From: the human T2T-CHM13v2.0 reference genome, Homo sapiens
Reading direction: 5' to 3' (one strand)
Assembly (NCBI RefSeq): GCF_009914755.1
Contig: NC_060939.1
DNA length: 64,000 nt
Each line of letters starts with the position of its first letter. The stretch's first letter is position 1. This document shows, piece by piece, positions 54,294 through 64,000 of the stretch. The notes under the pieces are model-generated. The model made no database searches. It was not told where the DNA came from and saw only the letters and a program-made list of their open reading frames with translations. The position numbers and the translations under genes are program-made.

Positions 54294-55589
54294 AGTCACA
54301 GATTTTTCTGTTTTAATTGCCATTTATTTAATATATAGAAGTTTTCAAAACAAGGGTCCCTGGATGAGGGTGGTAAGAAGGTTGGGGTCCTAGTCCAATG
54401 GGTTTAAGGTTCCTTTCACCTTGGAGCACCCAGGCTTGCTTGACCAGGGTGCCCACTGGCTGAGCACCTGCCTGGAATGGCCCAGTGGGGGTCTCCTCCT
54501 CCCTCCCAGGCCAGGGAGAGGGATGAAGCCGGGAAAGATGGCCCCCTCCCCCAGGAGAGCAGTGTCTGGCTCTTGGTGCAAGAGCACCTTCTCTCCCAGG
54601 TGCTGGAAAAGGTCGTATTTTACTGATTTTCCCCTTCTCCCCATTCCCTCCTTCCCCTATCTGTAGGAGGCTTGCAGGTGTCCAGCTGTCCTTTCGCAGT
54701 AGACACATGGTGGTCTCAGGAGCTAACATCGGCCCTTCTACAAGCCAGGGGGACACCAAACACTTGCCTGTCAATCGAGCTCCACTCAGCTGGGTTCAGA
54801 CAAGCTCAGGGGCTACCCCAGGCTCAGCAGTGCCGACTATAGCCTTGTGCAGTTACTGCTGCACACACGTGAGGACACACAGGAAGGGTACGCATTTGAC
54901 ACAAGCTTCCCATGGAAATACCTTCTCAAACCTGGAGCGGGGTGAGAATGTTGCAGCCCTGGGCCCCTCCTGGGTCAGAAGCTGGCTCAGCCCAGCGTTC
55001 ACAGAGGCCAGCCTCCCAGAGCCTGAGAAGAGGCCTGCACCAGGCGTGGGCACAGAAGGATGCAGATTGTGCAACAGGAGCCAAGGGCTGGAGAGGCATT
55101 CTGGCGAGAGATTTGGAAAGCTTCTGGAACAGGGTGAAACATTCATCAGGTGACCCAAGGGATAGGCTCTCCAGGAAGGAGGCCCAGCTCCAGCAGTAGC
55201 CAGAGTTCTGGGCATGTTAGGACGGTGAGGTCCTAGCACGCGGGGGGCGGGGGGCACAGGACAAGGTGTGCGGCAGTGCAGGAAGCCAGCTGAGGCACCC
55301 TGACCCTCAGGCCATGCCCTTCTGCTCCTGTGCAGGGGACAGCAGAGGGGAGCTTGGGGACTGACATCTCAAAGGCCTGGTCCCCTCCTTGCTCTCGCAG
55401 CCAGTCCTTGCTCTAGGACAGTGACCCATGTCTGCAGCCCGACCCAGCCCACCCACAGAGCCCGGCCTCCCAGAGCTGCTGGGGTGCACGGTGGTCGGGA
55501 GGTGAGTGGCTGGGCAGTCCTCCGCAGGGCTGCTGCCAGGTATCAGCCTCGGAGGTTTCCCGGAAACAGAGCCAACGCCCCCCCAAGAC

Positions 55590-56710
55590 CTGGGCAGACC
55601 GCATGAGCGTAGGGGTCAGGGGACCGGGTCCCCCAGAGGTGTCAGAAAAATGCTCCCAGGAGGAGGACGCCAGGCTGCTGAGGCCTGTGGCTGACACCAG
55701 GGGGCAGGGCGGGGCGGCGGGGACAGCGTCCGGAGGAGGGAGCCGCCCAGACCTAGCCCGGGTGGGGCGAACGAAGAGCGGGCGTGGTGGGCGCCTGCTA
55801 GCTCCGGCTCGCGGTGTTAGGCCTTGGGGACATCGCTCGGGGACAGGAGAGCCCCGGGCCCCCGCCGCCCCGAGCCGTGGCCGGGAAGGGGAACACAGTC
55901 CATGCGTGCGGCGCCCGACAGCCTCTCCCCGCACGCCCGAGCCCCAGTGCAGGCGGCGGCCCGGCCCCTTTGTGCCTGGAGTGTCACGCGCGGGCGCTCC
56001 TGCCGCCGCGCCTGGGAGAGGCCTCCGGCACCCCGGGCCCCTTTCCAAGCACAACAGCAGCCCTGCCGCGGCCCCGCGCTGACCCACTTTCCCTCCTGCC
56101 TCCTCAGCCCGAGGCCGAGAATCCAGCGGCCGCCGCCAAGCAGGTGCGAGCCGTCGGGCGGGGCGCGCGGGAGGCGGAGAGGATGGGCCCCTGAACCACC
56201 CCGCGCGCCCCACCTCAGCCTCCCGGGGCGAGCCAGGTTTCCGGGGCGGGGGCCGCGAGGAGGAGGAGGAGGGCAAGGCGGGGGAACGGGAGGGAGAGGA
56301 CCCGGGGAGGGGGAGGGGGAGGCGGAGGGGGAGGGGCAGAAGAAGGGGGCAAGGAGGGCAGAGAGATGAGCGAGAAAGAAAGGAGGGGTGCGGGAAAGGA
56401 GGAGAGGAAGGAGCGGTGGGAGGAGGAGGAGGGGTGCGGGAGAGAAGGGCTGAGGGAGAGGCGGAGGGAAACCGCACCCCTGCCTCTTTCCTGGGCCGAG
56501 GCCAGCCGGGGAGGAAATGTTGAAATGGGCGAAGTGCACATCCGCCTCCAGGCCTAAGGGGTGTACGGGTCAGGCCGCACCGACCCCGCCCTTCCCAGCC
56601 CTTCCTGCCAGACCTCTGCCTCCGATGGGCGAGCCCGGTTGCTGGGAGGCGGTTCACTATGGAGCCTGGACCCTCCCCACAGTTCAGCCCGCCGGAGGCG
56701 TGTGCGCTTC
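55590..56710. promoter_or_regulatory. LINC02352: CpG island / probable promoter (recalled as the LINC02352 lncRNA start), with GC boxes and G-quadruplex-prone purine tract
   Basis: Very high GC and CpG density in non-repeat sequence; GGGGCGGGG at 56243-56251; G-runs 56240-56460. The island is seen directly; the gene name is from memory of the locus and less certain. Confidence 0.6.
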
Positions 56711-57224
56711 CAGATGAGAGCACTTGTTCACTGAATGACCGTGCGTACTTGGGGGGACATCTGGCCCCAGAACCTCCAGGAGCAGGGTGGCTAATGCTGA
56801 GTGCCGTGGCCTGGCACTGGGAAGCGCCGGTCCTCAGTCCCTTTCCCTGCTCCTGGGCACCCCAGGCCCCTTGGGGCGTTCTTACACTGCCTGAGTTAGA
56901 CCTGGAAGAGTCCCCTGTGCCAGGGCAGGGGCTTTGCCTGCTTGGTCCTTGTTCACCCCTGTGTATAGCTACTACCTATTACCTACCCACCTGTCCACAA
57001 GTGTCAGTGCCTGATGTAGGAAGTTACAGTAATTCACAAATAAATCTATCACAAAGGGACATGGATACTCACACTTCCTTCTTACCCCTACTTCCAGGCA
57101 GCCATTGTTAATGGGTGCGTGTGTACAGTTCTGGGCACATACCAACATGCACGGATGCATGTTAACCTGCTTTGTATGGAAGAAACGGGGTCAGGATATC
57201 ATAAAAAGAATTAATGGGTAATCA

Positions 57225-57860
<636 letters not shown>

Positions 57861-58909
57861 GTGTGTTTGAGATTCCTAGAGACATTAGTAAAACCCTCCA
57901 AAAGAGTGGGGACCTTACACCAGCCTGCCGGTTCAAGCTCCATACTGGACCTCCACCTCCCCAACCCCCACCCCCACCCCACCAGAAAAGGACCCTCCAT
58001 CCCCTTCAGGTCATAGAGTGAGGAAGAGGGAAGCTTCAACAGGCCCAGATGGCCCTGGTAATGGGCACGGTGACATTTGGGCAGAGAACCCCAGGGCCCT
58101 GCATCTGCAGACCTGGGACAGGCAGAGAATGTCCAATGGGGGTGCTAGTGGCATTGCCTGGCCATGACTCTGTCCAGCTGTGGCATCATGTCCCATGGCC
58201 AAAGTGTCCAAGCAAGCCTGCTTCTGCCATTGACCTAGGGAGGCCTCTTGACACCTGCTCATTTTCCAAGCCTGTTCCTCCTGCATCCTCAAGATTCGGA
58301 GTGCCCTCCAAAATAAGATCTTTTTCTGTAGTTGTTACTATGGGTTAAGAACCCTCCTGTCTGATACATACAACTGATTACAAACTTTTAATTTTTGCCA
58401 ATCTGATAAGCAAAAAAAAAGAAAGTAGTTCATGGATTTAGTTTACATTTCCTTTTTAACAGGGAGGTTGGGTAGAGACTTCTTGGTTTGCTCATGCCTG
58501 TAATCCTAGCACTTTGGGAGGCTAAGGTAGGAAGATCGCTTGAACTCAGGAATTCAAGCCAACCTGGGCAACATAGCAAGACCTCACCTCCACTAAAGGG
58601 AAAAAACAATCCATGTTCCTTTTCTTCCAACCCAACAGATCTGTGGCTGGGCAGCAGCTGCTGAGCTCAACTACAATTCCAGCCTGCTTTACAGTTAGGC
58701 TTGTCCACAGGACCAAGTTCTCAGTGACAGAGTAAGAGCAGGCCTGTGATAGGAGCCTCTTCTGTACCTCGGCCTCCAAGATGCCTAGAATCTGGCTGTG
58801 GCAGTGCCCAAGGGGAGGCGAGCAGCAGGAGAGAAGGGTCCTGGGGTTTGGGGGGACCAGGAGGAGCAGAGCTGCTGCTCAGCTCAGATCCATAACCTGA
58901 GAAAGAAAG

Positions 58910-59776
<867 letters not shown>

Positions 59777-60067
59777 AGAAACAAATCTGTTTATTCTTCT
59801 AGCCTCTGTATCATCAGGCCTCTTTGTTAGAGCAGGTGAGCTTTACCCTAACTAATTCAGAGGTTGATTCGTTTTCATGCATGTAGATACTTGTCATTTA
59901 GCTTCTATTATCTGCCTGTATTTTAAGGTTCTTTGTCTTAAAATGTTATGACTCCAGGAATGTTATATATTAAGTATATTAACCTTTTGACTATTATATA
60001 TCTTGCAAACATCTTGTAATCAGTCACTTGTCTCTTTATTTTATTTGGAGCGGCTTTCAACCTAGAG

Positions 60068-60409
60068 CAGTGGTCCCCAAACCCGGGGCTGCAGACTATT
60101 CCCTGTCTGTGGTTTGTTAAGAACCAGGCTACATAGCAGAAGATGAGTAGCAGGCGCGGGAGCATGACCACCTGAGCTCCGCCTCCTGTCAGACCAGCAG
60201 CGACATTAGATTCTCATAGGAGCACAAACCCTACTGTGAACTGTGCGTATGAGGGATCTAGGTTGCACATTCCTTAAAAGACTCTTAATGCCTGATGATC
60301 TGAGGTGGAACAGGTTCACCCTGAAACCATCCCCCGCTCAGCCTGTGTCTGTGGAAAAATTGTCTTCCATGAAACTGGTCCCTGGTGCCAAAAAGGCTGG
60401 GGACTGCTG
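60068..60409 (+). mobile_element. MER1B hAT-Charlie element
   Basis: TIRs cagtggtcccca / tggggactgctg; degenerate 8-bp TSD ACCTAGAG/ACCTACAA. Confidence 0.85.
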
Positions 60410-60944
60410 ACCTACAAGATATATTAGTTATGACTCTTGGTGCATACTCTTGACAGAAATCCCACTCAACCTAGTATAATGCAGAGGACAGTTCACGGAG
60501 CAACTCAAATAATTGCCACTTTTACAATATTGAAGCTTCCTACGGGAAACATAATACATCTCTCAATTTATGTCCTTTAATACGATTAAACATTTTTCTT
60601 CATGTAGGTTCTCCAGAATTTTGGTTATGCCTATGCCTAGATTATTTATGATTGTTGTTGGTATTGCAAATGTCCTCTCCTATTGATTATTTAATGGTAT
60701 CTATGGAAAGTATTGATTTTTGTGTATTTGCTCTGTGCCCACTTGCCATCTAACTGGTTGTTATATTTTATTGAACCTTTCAAAGGATATGAATTATGCT
60801 GATTTTAATGTCTTCTTCTGATTCCTGCATTATTATCCTGTTTTCTCCAGCGTTCTGTCTACTTCTTCTGCAGGCTGTTGGTTTCCTTCAAATGTCTGGG
60901 GATTTTTGATTGTCTGATCCCATTTGTAAATGAACGTCCAGAGA

Positions 60945-62075
<1,131 letters not shown>

Positions 62076-62705
62076 TGCAGTGTGTTTGCGATCTGTCAGT
62101 CTCAACCAATCATTCTTGCTGTGCAGAGTAGTTCTTGCACACAACTAAACCACCACTGTCTGGCAACCCTGGCACCACTGGGCACCTGTGGTCATGGAGA
62201 CAGGCCAGGACGTTGCAAAGGCAGAGTGCCTTCCTGGGCCTCTCATCTGGGCCGCTCTCCCTGTCATTGTGGCTGACAGTGCCTGGCAGTCACCTGGGCG
62301 GGCCCCTGCTTCTCTCTTTGGGCCAGTGTTGGCTCTGGAGGCTCCTGGTGCATCTTTGTCTTCAGTCTGAATGCTGCACTCAGACTTTACCCTGGGGACA
62401 GGCAGGACACTGCCTCAGCCACCTGGGTAGCCGTTTGTGTGATTACCGTATCCAAGCTCCATGACTCATTCCTTCTCCACTGCCCCCACCCTACCCCATT
62501 TCCAGACTTGAAATGGTCTCCCACCTGCAGGCCATTGGCTCTATTGCGTTTCACCACGAATCTGATCTCCTCCGCTTTATATCTTCCAGAAATTCTCCAA
62601 TGTTCTAGTCTGTTGGTGGCATTTTTCCTGGTTTTCAAGGATTTCTAAGTGTTTTTATATTTATCCTACTACATCAGAGGGTGGGGGAGATAGGTAGGAG
62701 AGGTG

Positions 62706-63174
62706 CAGTTGAGCCTTGAACAATGTGAGGGTTGGAGAGCCAACCCCTCACGCAGTCAGAGCTTGTATAACTTCAGGCTCCCTCCAAACTTAACTAATAA
62801 ATAGCCTACTGTTAACTGGAAGCCTTACTGGTAACATTAAAAAATCAGTTAACACGTACTTTGTATGTGTATTTATACTGTATTCTTACAATAAACTAAG
62901 CTTGGGAAAATAAAATGTCATTAAGAATATCATAAGAGAAAGCATTTACTAAGTGGAAGTGGATTATCATAGAAGTCTTCATCCTCGTTGTCTTCATGTT
63001 GAGTGGCTGAGGAGGAGGGGCTGGTCTTGCTGCCTCAGGGTGGCAGAGAGGAAGACATGGAGGAAGTGGGAAGGGAGGCAGGAGAGGCAGGGACACTTGG
63101 TATAACTCTGATTGAAAAACATCCCTGTGGGTGGACCTGCACAGTTTGAACCTGCGTTGTTCAAGGGTCCACTG
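62706..63174. mobile_element. Tigger2-family (TcMar) non-autonomous DNA transposon
   Basis: TIRs CAGTTGAGCCTTGAACAA / TTGTTCAAGGGTCCACTG; internal text matches recalled Tigger2a/2b. Confidence 0.85.
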
Positions 63175-63373
63175 TGCTTGAAAGTGTTTAGTCAGCAGTC
63201 CTGAACGACATGTAAACAATGGTTGAATGAAGGAGCAAGGGAGCCTAAGGGTGGGGAGAGGCGGGTGTCGGCAAGGACCTTCCTCCAAGACAGGGTTGCT
63301 GCGAGGGGCAAATGGTGACTGATGATTCACAAGAAGGCGTACCTGTGTGACAGCACCTGTAAGCCAGGTGGGA

Positions 63374-63429
63374 TCAGTGCGGCCTGTCGTCTGCTGTTGT
63401 CATGTGGAGCTCAGCAAACGGTGGGAGTC
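63374..63429 (-). CDS. LOC283710: Terminal exon coding part of the same ORF: (G)LPPFAELHMTTADDRPH*
   Basis: Acceptor tgtatgttgtcccctAG| (exon starts 63429); phase matches the upstream donor across a 134-nt intron; TGA at 63376-63374. Confidence 0.55.
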
Positions 63430-63563
63430 CTAGGGGACAACATACACAGCTTAGCAGCAGGTGCCCCTCTCTTCGAGCCTAATTTAGCCAATGGGAGTTT
63501 AATTTAGCCACGGGGGCGTAATTGCTAGAAGAAAAGAGAAGAAAAAAAACCTGATGCCCTCAC

Positions 63564-63805
63564 CGCCTTCCAATCCTGACTCTTTAGGAAAAGCCTGGAT
63601 CTCCGACATCTCCAGAGCGCCTGACCAAGCGTGAGAAGGCGGGATGTAGCCGGGGTGTGTGTGTCGGGGGGTGGCAGGATGCTCCCCAGAGGCGGAGAGC
63701 GGCGCGTGGGGGGTGCTGCAGGCGTCCTGGGAGTTTGGGGGCGCCGCCCTTCCTCCTGCCTTGGGCCCAACCGGTGGATCCTGTCGAGTCTGTTGTGGTC
63801 CCCTT
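63564..63805 (-). CDS. LOC283710: Internal exon of a short orphan ORF/lncRNA gene (recalled as LOC283710): ..RGPQQTRQDPP...FPKESGLEG
   Basis: Acceptor ctctctgtgcttttcctaAG| (exon starts 63805); 242 nt = 1 + 80 codons + 1; donor GCG|GTGAGG at 63563. Upstream exon lies outside the window. Coding status uncertain. Confidence 0.55.
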
Positions 63806-64000
63806 CTTAGGAAAAGCACAGAGAGCCCTTTAAAGATGTTGACCTGACAGCAGCAGGGGGCCCAGGGTGACCACGGAGCAAATCAGGGAAAGGAAACTTA
63901 GGTCGCCACACATTTGATTTAAAAGAAAATAACTTCCCTCCTGAAGCAGGGGCTGGGGTAGGTGCCCTGGCACAGGCACAGAACCAGAGAGAACCCTTGC

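Noticed and set aside
55413-56723. 436-aa and other long overlapping ORFs in the CpG island
   Set aside because: Stop-codon scarcity in very GC-rich DNA; several frames open on both strands; low-complexity P/R/G/A sequence with no domain.

Overview
Human (primate) genomic DNA, almost certainly chr15q13.3 between TRPM1 and KLF13. I recognised the locus from a peptide, not from a database search. The only secure coding sequence is the 54-nt coding part of the distal first exon of TRPM1 (minus strand, 1069->1016, MSSFKRGSLKSSTSGSQK followed by a GTGAGT donor), with OTX2/CRX-type motifs just upstream. Near the right end, two spliceable minus-strand exons (63805-63564 and 63429-63374) close a short ORF that I recall as LOC283710. 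A CpG island at ~55.6-56.7 kb is probably a lncRNA promoter (LINC02352, from memory). The rest is intergenic and repeat-dense: about 35 Alus including a young AluYb, a full-length SVA inside a MADE1, a solo HERV-H LTR7B, several MaLR/MLT LTRs, a 13-kb nested L1 complex, two fossil hAT transposase remnants, Tigger2/MER1B/Charlie4a/MER53 elements, simple repeats and a 25-nt tailless U6 retrocopy. Nearly all ORFs in the supplied track are Alu, microsatellite or GC-rich artefacts. I see no evidence for a new multi-gene system. The best leads are regulatory (a homeodomain-site cluster abutting the young AluYb, LTR7B, SVA, the CpG island), the spliced orphan ORF, and several mechanistically informative insertions and duplications. 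Repeat subfamily names come from recalled consensus features and should be confirmed with RepeatMasker/Dfam.
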